Positions 41,801 to 56,800 of a stretch of 64,000 bases of DNA are shown here, piece by piece. Numbering within the stretch: the stretch's first letter is position 1; each line of letters begins with the position of its first letter. Origin of the DNA: Phoronis australis (lineage: Eukaryota; Animalia; Phoronida); the NCBI GenBank assembly GCA_002633005.1, contig NMRA01000014.1, positions 1,336,838-1,400,837 of the forward strand, in the 5' to 3' direction. Below the pieces are notes generated by a model. It was not told the origin of the DNA and searched no databases. It worked only from the letters and a program-made list of their open reading frames with translations. The position numbers and the translations under genes are program-made.

Positions 41801-44800
41801 CATTTTGCAAAGTACAACATACTACATAATAATATGCCCTCTACTGGCCACTTTATGGTACCAATAAACAACCCTAGAAGGATACCGTATGCGGTGCAAT
41901 TGTGGGCGCATTTCAACGCTATGCGTTGCTCTTGTTTCCTTCGGGTTCCATAATGAAGAACGAAATCATTACCACATCTTGAACAGTTTTTTCTCTTAAG
42001 TAATGGTTCATCTTGTCTATTCCAGACTACAATCACTATGAGGGGTGCTTTAGAATACCAAATATCACCATGTCTTCACTCATCGCTCTCACAGATGATT
42101 CTTTAATGATGGACACTTGTCGAGATAACTGTCGAGTTCAAAGCAAGCACCTGAGTGCGCTCTATAACGGAAGCTGGTGTTTGTGCCTTGACTCTACAGA
42201 CTCTGTGGGGGGTGAAAAAATTGATGATGTCATGTGTAACGCGTCGTGCAGTGGTCAGGGTTCGTGGTGTGGAGGTCTGGTGGATGAGTTCAGTGTCTGG
42301 TGGACCTTCCGTAAGTATCATTGATACTATGTAGTTTGAGAGCAGCTAAGGTGATAATCTAATGATTATTGGCTGTACAGGGTTGATGTACTTATTGACT
42401 CTGTAACTCTGTGTAGTTGCTTTTTAATGGCTAAGTTATTTTTCATGACCTCTGTTATGACGAACAGAGCATCGAACAAAAAACGGACATGATCGTAACT
42501 GGCTCTCCAACAAATATATGTAATGTGACATGTTTGTTCAAAACTCATAATTGCAAATGGTCTGGTACAGACATGCGCAGGCTGCTGAAGTGGGCCCATT
42601 GCACTGATCGCCTGGAACCATTTTCATGCTATATTTAAAATATATATTGTTAAAGCCGAGCTGAGGAACTACAGATCTGACTCATGGGTTTAGTAGTGTT
42701 CCCAATGAGACTCGAACCCATGACCTTGAGTCAAGGAAGCGGAGACTTGACCCACTAGGTCACACTGCCTCCTCTCAAAATCCTACATTAAAACATGCTT
42801 TGTTGAGTGTGACTCCATCTGGTTCCTGTATCAGTTGCTGCCATGGTCTCTTCTCATATTTGTTCAATGTTCATCTATTCTAGTGAACTTAAGCCATCTA
42901 CTGCTCACTTAAACAAAGACCATGAAAATATTAAGCGTCGATTGTTTTTTACCATATATGGTCACCGAAGGAGTGAACAGTCAAAACACAAAACAATGAA
43001 AGCGATATACAGTACATATGCCGACAATTATCAGACATAATGTTCTGAAATCTCTCATCAGGACACCTGACCTCACCATTAGAGTAGCGATGGGCAAACA
43101 GTATTTTGATGAGATGATAGACATTTTCATTCATTCAGGTGAATTATGAGATATGAAAAAATTACGAATCATAACTGCAGGAACTTACTGTGATTTGTTT
43201 TCCAATGAAGCCAGGTGGCTTCAAACTACAGCTGAAGTTCCAGAAGTTACAATTAATATTTTTTTATATTTTAATTACTTTTGACATGCACTGTAAGCCA
43301 AGACCACTGTGCAATGGTGAAATGTAGATCACAAGTACAAAACCTCTGTTTGAGACACGGAGGAAGTTTCATATTCAAATGTTCTAAATTTCCGTGTCTA
43401 CCCTTTACTGAGATCATTTTACTGCAATAGCTATTTGTATGTTTACTTTGTATATCAGATGGCCATTACAGACTCCAACATTGCTATCAGTGGCTCAGTG
43501 TTACTGCACAGTTCCATACTGTTTGTACACAATACTGTTTCAGATGGCCACTACTCTAACATCACCATCTATGATTCCATATTACTGCCCAGTTCTGATA
43601 CTGTTTATTCATTAACTGTTTCAGATGGCCACTATTCCAACATCTCCATCAATGACTCGGCCATACTGCAAAGCTCTGATACTCTTCACATTCAGTATGT
43701 TGACATGAAAGGCAAGATCTGTCTAGACTACTGCCGGGGACTCAAGTATCGCTATGCCATCGCCCACATAACGGATTGCTATTGCACTCAGGCTATTGAT
43801 AATGCAACATCAGGTAGTGGAATGTACTCATGCTGTGGAGGCTAAACTACTAGTATTCCAAGTTGGTCTTTTATTGTCATGCCAGTAGAAAAACGAGGGC
43901 TATCAAAAATATGACTTTTATGATTTTCATGAAAAAAGTCAAAACTTTTAATTCATGAAATGAAAATGAAACAATATTTTAAAAAATATAACATTATTTT
44001 TAAGAGCTCATTTTGAATATTTGCTGAAAAAATGAATAATATGCTATTGATACCATTGTTTGCTATCAATGTACTTTTTTGCTTAATTTTACTAAAAAAC
44101 ATGGCTATGTTGTCCAGTTAATGGCAGATTGGCTAGAAGTTAAAAAAGCAAATTCTACAGAATTTTTTTCAGAAATTATGCTTTATATATTGCTAAGTTA
44201 AAATCTATAGTTTTGTACATATTCAGCTAAAAATACAAACTTGTCAATAAGGCCATACATAACCTTAAGATTGCAATTCCATCTAAAATGCAAAATATCA
44301 CAATGAAGAAGAAGAAAATGGTCTCTGTCAAAAACAACTTGATTAATCTCATTAATGAAATTGTTCTCAGTCATTGTGTTCCTTAACCATATCAGTCATG
44401 ATTTCTAGGCTTAAGAAAGAGGTGTTTTTGGTTCACACTAGAATTGTTTAAGTTGCCTGCTGTTGCTTGGAGTTGGCTGTCGTCGGGACTTCCAGGTGTT
44501 CTTAAACCAATCTCTCTCAAATAAAGAATAAACATGAGTTGACGTGGTTTGGAGGATCAGATATTGCAAAATGTTGATTTTGACACAGACTGAAACATTA
44601 TTTATAATGGTTTTAAATGTTCTAAATAACATCCTGTTAATTTCGAAATCTTGGTGTTATGAATGATAGTTACTAAGCAGACATCTGTTAGCAGTTACTT
44701 TCTCATTATAGTTGTCGGTGTTATGAATGACACATACAAAGCAGACGTCTGTCAGCAGTCTCTTTGTCCTGGAGAACGTGATGGCAATGTTGCTAAGGGC

Positions 44801-47800
44801 AACTGTGGCTCTTCCTCTTGTTACTTTGTTTATGTTGATGGTGAGTGGACATTATTGAAACCATCTTTAAAACCCGTACCAAAAACCTGTAATCCCTATA
44901 TATTAATGTCATAATTAACTGCAGCCAAGCATTTCTTGTTGTGTTAAATTGCTTCAGAAATAAATGCTCATCTGTAAAGGAGTGTGGTAACAATTATTTT
45001 AAAACAATGTGTCAGATGTTTGGCTGTGGGTTTGTTTAAAAGGTAGCTATGCTTTGAGATTGTGCGTAGATGGAGAGTGAATAATCAAATCCAGTAATTA
45101 ATTTATTATATGATAACCCCTAATTAGACAAATGAAACCTATTGTTAATTAAGTAATCAACTACAAAGAGTAACTATGGCAGCGCCCTCTTTAAAGATTA
45201 CTTTAATCAAACAACCAAGATGATCAAATGTCTTATCTGATATCCAAGCTAGGACTCTCCACTTGTTGGATGTCTGTCCTGTTGGTGAATCTTCGAACTA
45301 CACACACTGTATAGCGACAGTGTACTTGCTGGTCACCGTCTCTGGTGATGCAACACTTGCAGGCAATTTCTTCTACCTGCGACTCTTCTTGCTGGTCACA
45401 GTTTCTGGCTGATAACGCGCAACACTTCAGGTAGTATCTTACTACCCACAATGCAAGTGACAAGCTCTTAGTTAACTTCCTGTTCGTTAACCCTTGCCCT
45501 TGCCAAGATCCTTTCTAGAATCTTCCACGAGATGGCTCTGTCGTACAATTGCTTCTGTACACCGTAGCAGGTCTTTATGCTTCAACTACTATAGCGCATC
45601 TAATTATGTTGTTGATTTCAGCCCATAATATAACATTCTACTTATTTAGTGATTGGCTAATAAAAACCACATGATCATATCCACTCGTATTATTGGCTGT
45701 TACAATTTGTTCTCAGAATATTCTAGAATCTCTATAGTACTTTGACCCCAGAACCCAAAGTTGTAAACACCATCCAAAAATAGATTTTGACGTTAAAATA
45801 CATGTCAACAAGTCTGACCCCATAATTTAAAAGTACATATGCACAAATTTTGGGCAACTTAAAATGGATCTATTCTTACTAATTACTTAATCAATATTTA
45901 TTCTGACACAATGCTTGTTTTTTGGTTCAAACATTTAAATACCTCCCGTGCGACAAAAATATCTGCGTGAATTAAAAGAACTGTGCAACAAAAATGAATG
46001 TCTCCCTACAAGGAAAAGGAGAACGTGAATTATTTTATGTATTGACCCACCCATCTTGAAGGAGTGAAGGTAGGGTNCTCATTGTAGTTGTCGGTGTTAT
46101 GAATGACACATACAAAGCAGACGTCTGTCAGCAGTCTGTGTGTCCTGGAGAACGTGATGGCAATGTTGCTAAGGGCAACTGTGGCTCTTCCTCTTGTTAC
46201 TTTGTTTATGTTGATGGTGAGTGGACATTACTGAAACCATCTTTAAAACCCTTACCAAAAACCTGTAATCCCTATATATTAATGTCATAATTAACTGCAG
46301 CCAAGCATTTCTTGTTGTGTTAAATTGCTTCAGAAATAAGTGCTCATCTGTACAGGAGTGTGGTAACAATTATAATTTTAAAACAATGCTTGTTTTTTGG
46401 TTCAAACATTTGAGTACCTGCTGTGCGACAAAAATATCTGTGTGAATTCAGTAAAAGAACTGTGCAACAAAAATGAATGTCTCCCTACAAGGAAAAGGAG
46501 AACGTGAATTATTTTATGTATTGACCCACCCATCTTGAAGGAGTGAAGGTAGGGTGAGGCCAAGAAACAAAAATATTGACTGAGGAGTGAAGGTAGGGTG
46601 AGGCCAAGAAACAAAAATATTAACTGAGGAGTGACAGCAGTGGGAAGTGAATTATGGTCAACAACAAGATTACTGTCTAGTATTGCTGTAAAATATACAT
46701 ATACACGGATTGGATCACTATATTCTGACGTACTACTGATTTTACTCCGAGTCCGTTGTTAAACAGTCCTTAGCAAGAAGTAAAAGAGCCATGCCATTAA
46801 TCCTGCTTTGTCAGTGATTTCATTTTTTGACATTTTATTGTGCGCCAATTTGAACACTACTCTGAGTTGATGTCGCTGTTTCTTACCCTAATGTGATGCA
46901 CAAACCACAGTAATGTTGTCTGTAATGGTCTATATGGTGCGATGTTTGTTGCTACATGATTGACTGTACTTGGATCTTTGCAGTATTTCGACTGTTGTGT
47001 TGTTTTATAATGTTTTAGTAATGTGAAAAATTAATAATGAAACATTGAATTTTGTTTTTTGACATCGCCTTATTTATCATGTCAGAAGTGTACTCTAGCA
47101 GCAAGCTCCTCCCCTAAATTGTACAGTTAGTACTGTCATGAAAATTACAAAACTTGTGAATGGTCTCCAACACACAGGTCCTTGGCATTAATAAACTTTT
47201 GTAATGAAGATTGGTTATTTAGATGTTCATTTTTAGGATGTGAGAGTGTATACATGTAAAGCCTAGTATGTGCATACTTACCATCAGTTTTTGAATGACA
47301 AGCACACCATGTTGACATACTATTGTTCCTCACCTCTCTCTTTATAGAACCATTGACTGACGTCACACCTTTTTTAGCTTGGTAATGATACTCCTCACCC
47401 CCCTATCTGTAAACTCCTTGATTGACACCACACTGTGTTACCATGCTAATGTACCTCACCCTTCTCTTAACAGACCCTTCGTGACAACCAAACCATGTTA
47501 GCGTACCTGTTCCTCACCTCTCTCTATGGACCCCCTACCATTCCCCTCTAGGCCCCTTGAACGACCAGCTTACCATGTTGAAACACAACTGTTCTCTTCT
47601 AGAACCCTACCCCATTCGTGGCAGGGGACGATGCAGCGACTACTACAATACAGGCAATTACATGCACTCCACCTACTTGTCAGATAGAACAGACGGTGTC
47701 TCAACGTACAGATATTGCAATATGAAAGGTAGGTGGCTCTGCCTCCTTCAGAAGTTATGCAGTCAATACAACTCCTTGATGTTCTGGACATTGCTCCTTT

Positions 47801-50800
47801 CACTCACCGAGCATGTAATAAGTTACCTTCTTCGTGATGTTTACTATTTGTTATTGCAGACAACATGAAATCATAGAGTGTTTTCTACTGCTGTCCATTT
47901 ATGTTACTATGCTTTGAACCATGTTGTAGTGTTCTTGATAAGTTTGCACATGACTATTTATTCTCATTCTCCTAAAAAATCAACTTTCATTTCATGCTTA
48001 CATTATACATAATACGTGGGTGAACTTTGCAATCCTTTGTTGCTGTTTTATTCCATCTCTTAATTTATGTGCCAAACTGCTCAAAGGATCATTTTGAAAG
48101 CGGAATTGTGTTCCTGTTGAATAGGCTGTGGCTGATGTTGATTTTTGGTATGACAGTTGCACTCCCTAGTGTTGATTTTGTCTTTTTATGTCCGTGGCTG
48201 TATCTGCTTTATTCTTTGCTGGATCTTAGTGTTCTATAAATATGACAATGGCTGCCCATGACTTACTACTGCTGTGGCCGCAGTGTAAATTTTGAATGTT
48301 TACCTCAGTCTGTATCTTTTTCGAATTCTTTGGCGTATTTTCATGAAATTTGGCAACAGCGCCTTTCCATTTTCTGGTTGATTTGACGTATTCTGCAATA
48401 TGTAGTGGCCATTTTTACTGTCACCTGCCTCTGTATGAGCCAAATTGTTTGGCAGATGTGTTTCTGCTGAGAAAAACACGACTGACTTGGATTTTCAGAT
48501 TGTCGAAGTACTGTGGTGCCTCCTCATGACATTTTTGCATTTACCGAAAGATTCCGCACCGACGAATACCAGTAAAGACAACAATGTTTCTTAAATGTAG
48601 CGATATGTTTCAGCGGTAAAGCATCCAGCATTGTCAAGCTTTATACAGAGAATGGATGCCAGGATGCCTACCGGTGCAATACACAGACAATTTCAAATCA
48701 CGCAAAAATACCAGAGCAGGATTTGCTGGCAATCAGCGAATCACAACTCTGTAACAATGTCAATGACTCATGGGCAACCTGTGCATTGAGTGAGGACGTT
48801 TCTGAAAAGCGAATTTGAATGGCTTCACACAGTTTCTAGCTATAGCGATTCTCTGAATTAAGCTTGGCAATGGTGAATGTTTTACCATTGAAACATGTCG
48901 ATACATTTTAGAAATGTCTTTATTCAAACAAATTTTTGCATTTACGGTTGTGTCAATGTCCTTGGTAAGATCGTTTGGCAATTGTATTCCTATTAACTTG
49001 AAACAGGTATATAGATCAGATTAAAAGAGTTTATTTTTTCCATGTTTGCCTTTGTAATCTTTGAAGTTCCTTGATGAATTGTTATGAAATTTAGCAAACG
49101 GTTTTCTGTTTGGGAATCGATGTCACCTTCCCAATTTCGGACAAGTTTGATCTATTGTGCAATGTCTTATGGCCATTTTTATGGTACTAATAAACACCCC
49201 TAGAATCGTACCATTAGCAGATCAGTTCTGGGTGCACTTTATCTCTCTGTATTTCTTTTGCCTTAAAATTTGGCTATTAGTTTTCTAGTAGGGAGGCGAT
49301 GACACCTTCCCATTCTCAGATGGGTTTGACACATTCTGCGCCATCTACTGGCCATTTTCATGATATAAATTAACACCCATGAGAGCATACTGTTTGGGGT
49401 TCTATCGTGGATCATTTCAGTGTTATGCATACTCTTTTCCATTCTCTTATAAAGAAACATGATGGCTTTCATTGATAAAGGGTATGTTTGAAAAGGAAGC
49501 TTGTTTCACCCGACGGAAAGCGTATTTGCTATTAAGCGTTTTTGAAATCAAGGAAACTTTAATTTAAATTTTAATAATTTTTAAATCGAATGTTATTTGG
49601 ATTTGCATGTGCTTTCAATTCTTAGCTGACAATGAATTACATTGTTTATTAATGCTAACTTAGATTTCATTAATGATATTAATAGTTACACTGCACAAAC
49701 CATGAAGCTTCTTTGTTCTGGAATAACATCCTGATACTAGAGACACTACTGAATTATTCAACCAAGTGTATATCTCATGGCACTCAGCATTTTTTGTTTA
49801 GGCCCGCAGATAATTTAATGTAAAGGGCAGATTAGTCTTAACATATATCCAAGGGACAGAAACACAATCAGAAACAATACACCAAAGCTTGTTTTAATAA
49901 TCCATGAAGGAATAGATGAAAGCTATAATTGTTTAAGTGTTGCATATATTTTCCAGTTAGACATGTGTTGTGGATCAGGGTGGCTTTCAGGGTGCCGGCA
50001 GACCCTCTTTGTAAAACTGAAAGTCCTGCTTTTGTTATATATTTCAATTATAAGTTGCAGTCTTGTTTCCATATTAGATGCCTGTCCTCATGTGCGCTGT
50101 ATTGTGTTATGGCCTTCCGCATCTGACGAGGCTTGCCATTACTTTGCTCCTGATATTTTCATCTATTTTTCGTTTGTACTATTATTGTGGGGGTTATGTT
50201 CTTACTTTGTAGGAAATTTTTTGGCCATACTTTTTTATTTTACGTGCGTCATATTTCATTTAAAAGGAGTATAGTCGGTGGTGTTATCATATGGGAGTAT
50301 GCTTATATTTTATACACATCCGACTTACACTAAAACACTTTGAGAAACATACACACTCTGTTAAGAATATCCTCAAGCCCGGTGCATGACGTAGACCTCG
50401 TTTTATATTTTCTGAAGGAAATTTGAACTTGACACACTTGTTTCATAGTTAGTATAGGTAATAGTCAGCTATAACACGCTCTCATTTTGAGAACCAGTTT
50501 TCTCCACCGAATAATCCCAAACTGGTTCTCAACCTGTGTGCACGTAACCATTATATCTGACTTACTTTACTCGTTAGTGTATACAGCTCTCAGAAAACCC
50601 GTTTGTTCGCAATCCACTTGTTCCAATGTCTTATTGAACGCGTGCCTCTTTCTTCAGCGGTTCAATGTGTTTTTCTCTGTCTTTCAGATAACAGTGTGTG
50701 TGAGGATGGCTGGGTGGGTTACAAAGACAGCTGTTACAACTTCACTGTTACCACGGAGATGAACTTCACTGAGGCCATGGATTACTGCGCTCTACACCAG

Positions 50801-53800
50801 TCTATGCTGGTCTCCATAGCAACGCCTCAAGAACACTCATTCCTGCAAGATGCCATAAAACGTGAGTACCAAGTTGTGGTTGTGTTTTTTAAGTTAAAAA
50901 TCAGTTTTTGTTTCTGCTCTCTAGTTTTGGTTTGCATTCAGTGTTCATTGGTTACAAATTGCGAAGCATTACTAAGTAATGTTTTTTATGATCGACATAT
51001 GTCCCGAATGATATATGGTAGTTTGTGCATCGCAAGCTCGTTACCAGAGATGAAACCAAGACATGGGTAGTCGATATAAGGTCATTTATTATGACTAATA
51101 CAATTACAAGTAAGGTCATTTATATGACACATACAATTATAAGTAATGACTAATACAATACCAGTAATATAGATAGTGACTAATCATTTAGTAAGGTAAA
51201 AAATACTAATCTCTTGCAAGATGGGCAAATAAAAAGTGCCACAAGAGATGTAGTAAGACAGCTCATGTTTTAAAGTGGATGTCATTCGGGAGTGATCTGT
51301 CTTGTATAGCTGTGCATATATGTTCTGGTTGAACTGAATTCTGTTTCAGAGTGTTTTCTTTGTTCGTTATTCTAAATATGGTACTTAGGTAGTAGTGGGT
51401 TTCTCCTCCCCTTCCCTCCTGCCTCTATCCCGTTGCCTTCCTCCTCGTGCCCCCTCCCCCTTCCCTCTCTTTCCAGCATCCCTCCCTTTTTTATTTCTGG
51501 ATGAAAGTGTACCACCAGTGAGCTTTTTATTGGGTTCTAATTTAAATCCTCTCATTTGTTCCATTTCCAGGTCGTAACTCGCTGTATGCCCCGAGCTCAT
51601 ATTACCTGGGTTTCTTTGATCACCACCAGGTGTCGCGTTTCACCTGGGTTGATGGTAGCCTAGTCACTTACACCAACTTCTTCCCAGGCGCTCCATCAGA
51701 CTCGACAAAGCGGTGTGCAGTACTCACTAATGTAGACAATCAGTACACTTTCGGCAAATACCAGTGGAAGGAAGTGGACTGCTCAAGCCGAGACATTTCT
51801 GTTATTTGCAAGAAAAATAAAGGTAAAGGTGGATTACAAACTGTTTGTTTTGGAATCTAGCAGGCAGAGTATGCAGGAAGAACAATTAATATGCTTGTAA
51901 CAAAGTTGATTTACAGTTTTGAACACCCAAATAGGGTTTGTGATGACTTCGGAATGATATGTTATAACCCTGTGAATGTTGTATCTGACTGTGTTCATTA
52001 AAACACAAAGTGTTGAAAGATCAATTTGCATTAGAGAAAAATGTCCCTGAACACAGATTAAAGTTTATGATTTAAACTTATGGGGCTAACTATCACAATA
52101 TGTAGCATTAAAGTGATACAGGACCTTATTGGTAAGACTGTATATTAAGCCAAAATATCTACAAAACCATAGAATTTAACTGTTGACTTGATACCAAACT
52201 GTCATTAATAAGCTTGCGTGACCATGCTTTTTTTGGAAAAGTTATACAAATAAAAAATTTTCATTCATGTCAAAACAAGAGGATCAACTACATATGATTT
52301 ACCAATTTCCATATTATGTAAATTTCAAGATAAAATCTCGAAAGCTCTATTAGTTATAGTTCTCTAAATTATTGTTTCGAAAGTTTGTCACAAAAGTCAT
52401 ATAAGTCCTGTTTTTTGTATAGTCCCTCTTGCAAAATTGTGACACTTTAAATAACAATTTCTAACAATGTCTTGAAGATCAGCGCGTAAAGCATGATATC
52501 TGAAAGTTTCTTGTGAATTCGTTCAGCTGCTTCTGAGATATGATATTCCAAACTTAACCAAAATCTTATGTTATTCTAGGGACGTTCTACATAATCGTTA
52601 AAAAATCTTCATTCGTGAGTTTATGTATGACCTTATCAACAAGTCTGTGAATTTATCCAAATACCTAAAAAATTATTAATTTTAACCTGGTGAAAGTACA
52701 GTTTTTCGAAATGTAGAAAACCTTTGGAATTTGATTTTTGACTTATTACAATCTGACATTAATTATATTAAGTTTCCATGCCTTTTTAGCAAAAAAGAAA
52801 GATACATTGATAGCAAAACAACAATTTCATTAAAATGATCAAACTTCATTTGATGGATGAAATATTAAAAATGAAGGATATTGTTTTCTAAATTGTCATT
52901 TTGTTTTCGTTTAATGCACCTTTTGAGCTTTTTGCTGTAAACCATAAAAGTCCTGCTTTGCGGTATCCCCTCATGCAAACATGGATCATCGTAAAAACAA
53001 TTCATAAACCATTTTTGGAAAACACTTTGTGAAGCCATTTTTGAGAATCGTTCTTAATTTGAACAAATTTTTATTTTTTCTAGCATCCTGTATCAACTTG
53101 AAACTTTTTTGTTTATTCCACATTTCTTGAACTTTTGTTGTGAAGCCTTACAGGGTTTGATTGTCTTGGCGATCTCAGTATCTGACCAACAATGTGTTGC
53201 ATGTTCTAGTTATGCAAAAATTCAACAGCTAGGATATTGTTTTAGAAATTTTTTAAAAAGAACATTATGTGTTTGTTTTTTGCATTATTAAATTCACACA
53301 CGACTGAGCTGTTAACAGAAGCTATTAGATCGTCATTTTGCATAATATTTTGTTCAATGTAAGTGAAAAAAAGGTGTGTTTGGACTACTTGAGACTGCCC
53401 TGACGTGCTGCTTACATGATTTAATAATACTCTGTTTACTGTTAGTTGTGCCATGCATGAATTTTACAAGTCATTCAGTTGAATTTTCAAATGTCTTTAG
53501 TTCCCTTATTTTTCACTGGTCAGTTTAGATTGCAATCTTTCAACAACAGTGTCTTTTTTATCGCCTGCAACAATTCCTTGTCATCAGTGTGGCCTCTCCT
53601 GTTGTAGGTTACCTCGGTTGTTTCAATAGACTCAGCAATGGCACATTCTACCTCAACTCTAAAGACATGACTATAGCCTACTGCATAGAGACGTGTCGTA
53701 GGGAGAATGGATCCTATGCTGCTCTCATGGGGTCCATGTGTTACTGTGATGATGAACGGTTGACACTGTTCAACATATCCAACAAACTGAACATGCTCAA

Positions 53801-56800
53801 GTGCTCACTTGCCTGCCCTCGTAACATAGGCCAGCGCTGCGGTGGACCGGATGATGTCATATCTGTTTTCAACATTGGTTTGTATCGCCTTTTCATGCAG
53901 CCACTTTTATACATACGTGGGTGCATATTGCCATCATCTTTGTCTGGGCATGCGGGTGCTACTGTATCTCCTAAACCCCTTGCAAGATCTTGAAGAAATT
54001 TGGCAGATGTTTTCTTATCAATGAAACTTGACAGATGTCGATGAGTTTTGAGCTGATTTGACTGCTGCTGCCCCTAGTGGCAATTTTTTGTTTTTATTTT
54101 TGGCTCAGAGTGCCTTGATGGATTTTCATGAAGTTGTGCAATAGATTTATATTAAGGAGAAGGATAAAAGATGGATTTTACATATTTTGGACCGCCAAGT
54201 TATTTTTGATTCTGTTTTTGATATCTGCCTCATTTGTCTGTATCCATCAAACTGCTCAAAAGATCGTTAATTTGAAGATTTGTTTGTGCTGAGAAGACTA
54301 CATCTGAAGTGATTTTCGGATGAGCCTGATTATTGTGGTCCCTCCTAGGGGCAATTTTGTTTTTTGCATATTTGCAACTGTATTTCCTTAACCCCTTGCA
54401 GGGTCTTTGTGAAATTCGACATGTGTTTTTCTTTCAATGTAATAATGAATGGGCTATTCGGACTCTGCTATGACTCCTTGTGGCAGTTTTAGTTTTCTTT
54501 ATGTTCACCTCGAGTCTATATCTGTAAACCTTCTTGCCAGAATTTTGTGAAATTTGGCAATCCGTTTTCTATTAAAAAGCCAACAACACTATTATTTTCA
54601 TGTGCATTATACATATTCTGACCTTTTTGTTATCTCTGAATCTAAAATGCTCAAAAGATCATTTGTTCTATAAATACACCTTTTTGACTCAAGATTATGG
54701 CAACTCCGTGAATGAAAGGACTGTGAATTGTATCTTCATATACGAAACTGCACATGCCTGTTGGGAGATTTGATTTGAGTGACAGCGCTTTAACCTTTGA
54801 ACTTGGATTAGTAGTAAAGTAGATAAATAGTAATTTGGATAAATAGTAAAATAGATAAATAGTAAACAAAGTTCTCCGTGGTTGAAGGTGGTTCTTTTTT
54901 CTCACTACACATATTTTTTGTAATTGAAGTTCCCTGAGAATGAAGATGTTTTGCTAGAAGTGGAATATTGGAAAAAAAGCCATTTTTTGTGAACAAAATT
55001 TGTGAAAGTCCCTTGAGATGTAAAAGCATTACCATCCTTTTTCAATCTTGAACTGTTGCCAAATAAGCTGACAACTCAGGCCAGGAAACGCATTCATGTG
55101 CCATCTTAATTGAATTCACAATTTTAGGGTTTGCCAACCTCAATAAGCCCTTGTGGCATTTTGTTGAGTTATTAATCAGGTTTCAGTGTTCTTGTTTGTA
55201 ACGGACTATCCTATCATGGTAAGCAATACCGTGAGACTGATTTTATGTGAGTAAGGGCTTATTTGATTTTTGTGTTTTGCCAGTTAAAAAGGGCGAAATG
55301 CATCTCGTTCTTTAACTTTTGCTCTTTGCTGCATTTGTTTCACACAGATCAGGTGATGAAATTTTGCTGAAATTTGCCCAGCAAAGCATTTTTATGCGCC
55401 CACATATTTGTGGACGCATTATGCCGTCATCTCCGTCCGTCCGTCCGGGCGGCGTCCGGCGTCCGCTGCTCTATCTCCAAAACCCTTTGACATACGTTCA
55501 TGAAATTTGGCACATATGTTCCATTCATGAATGGGACGGCATGTGGGAACTTTCGGACGGATCCGACTACCGGTGTGTCCCCTAGTGGCAATTTTAGTTT
55601 TTTACGCTTACCTTTGTATCTTCAAAAGTCCTGAACGGATTTTCATGAAATTTGGTATGTGGCACCTATTAGTGAGATGACGCTATCCTCCCGTTTTCAC
55701 ATGGTTTTGACATAGTTTGCGCCACCCAGTGGCCATTTTTAGTGTTTTCGAGTCTGTTTTTGCGCGAGGTGACGGTATCCTTTCGTTTTCAGATGGATTC
55801 GACATAGTTTGCGCCACCTAGTGGCCATTTTTACTGTTTTCGTGTACGTATTTTTGCGTCCACCCCTCTGTCAACCAAACCGCTCAAAAGATGATTGTGA
55901 AAATTGGCATGTATGTGCTTACTATAAAGAAGACAGCTGACAATGATTTTCAGATGATTTGGACTACTGTGGCGCCTCCTAGTGGCAGTTTTGTTTTTTT
56001 TTACGCCTATGCCTGTATCTCCTAAACCGTTCGCAGGATCTTTACGAAATTTAATAAGTGTATTATGATGTTAACAACAGACGATGACGACTTTTGGACG
56101 GATCCGCCTACCAGTGTGCCCCCTAGTGGCAATTTTTTTTTTACGTATACCTCTGTATCTTCACAAGTCCTTAACAGATTTTCATGAAATTTGGTATGTA
56201 GGCACCTATTAGTGCAATGACGCTATCCTCCCGTTTTCGGATGGATTCGACCTAGTTTGCGACACCCAGCGGCCATTTTTACTGTTTTTGAGTCTGTTTT
56301 TGGCGTCCACCCCTCTATCAACCAAACCGCTCTAAGTATGATTGTGAAAATTGGCATGTATGTTCTTACTATGAAGAGGACGGTTGACGCTGAATTTCCC
56401 ATGACTTTGATTACTGTGGCTCCTCCTAGTGGCATTTTTTTTGCGCCCATGGCTGTGTCTCCCAAACCGTTTGCAGGATCTTTACTAAATTTAGCAAGTG
56501 CATTTATGTGATGTTGACAACGGACGATGACAACTTTAGGATCATTCTGACTACCGGTATGCCTCTAGTGGCAATTTAAGTATTTTACATTGACCTCTGT
56601 ATTTTCATAGGTCTTCAGGTGTATACTTTGTGTTACTTCGTGACTATGAAGGAAAAGTTCCAACGAAGTATAAATTTGTTTCCGGCATTCTAATGCTGTG
56701 CTAATCTCGTATCTTGGTAAATTTGTTTTTAATTCTATGTTTCTGTGGTGCTTTAAGCAACTGATGTATAGGATGTGCTTGCATTATGAAGGTCACTCAC

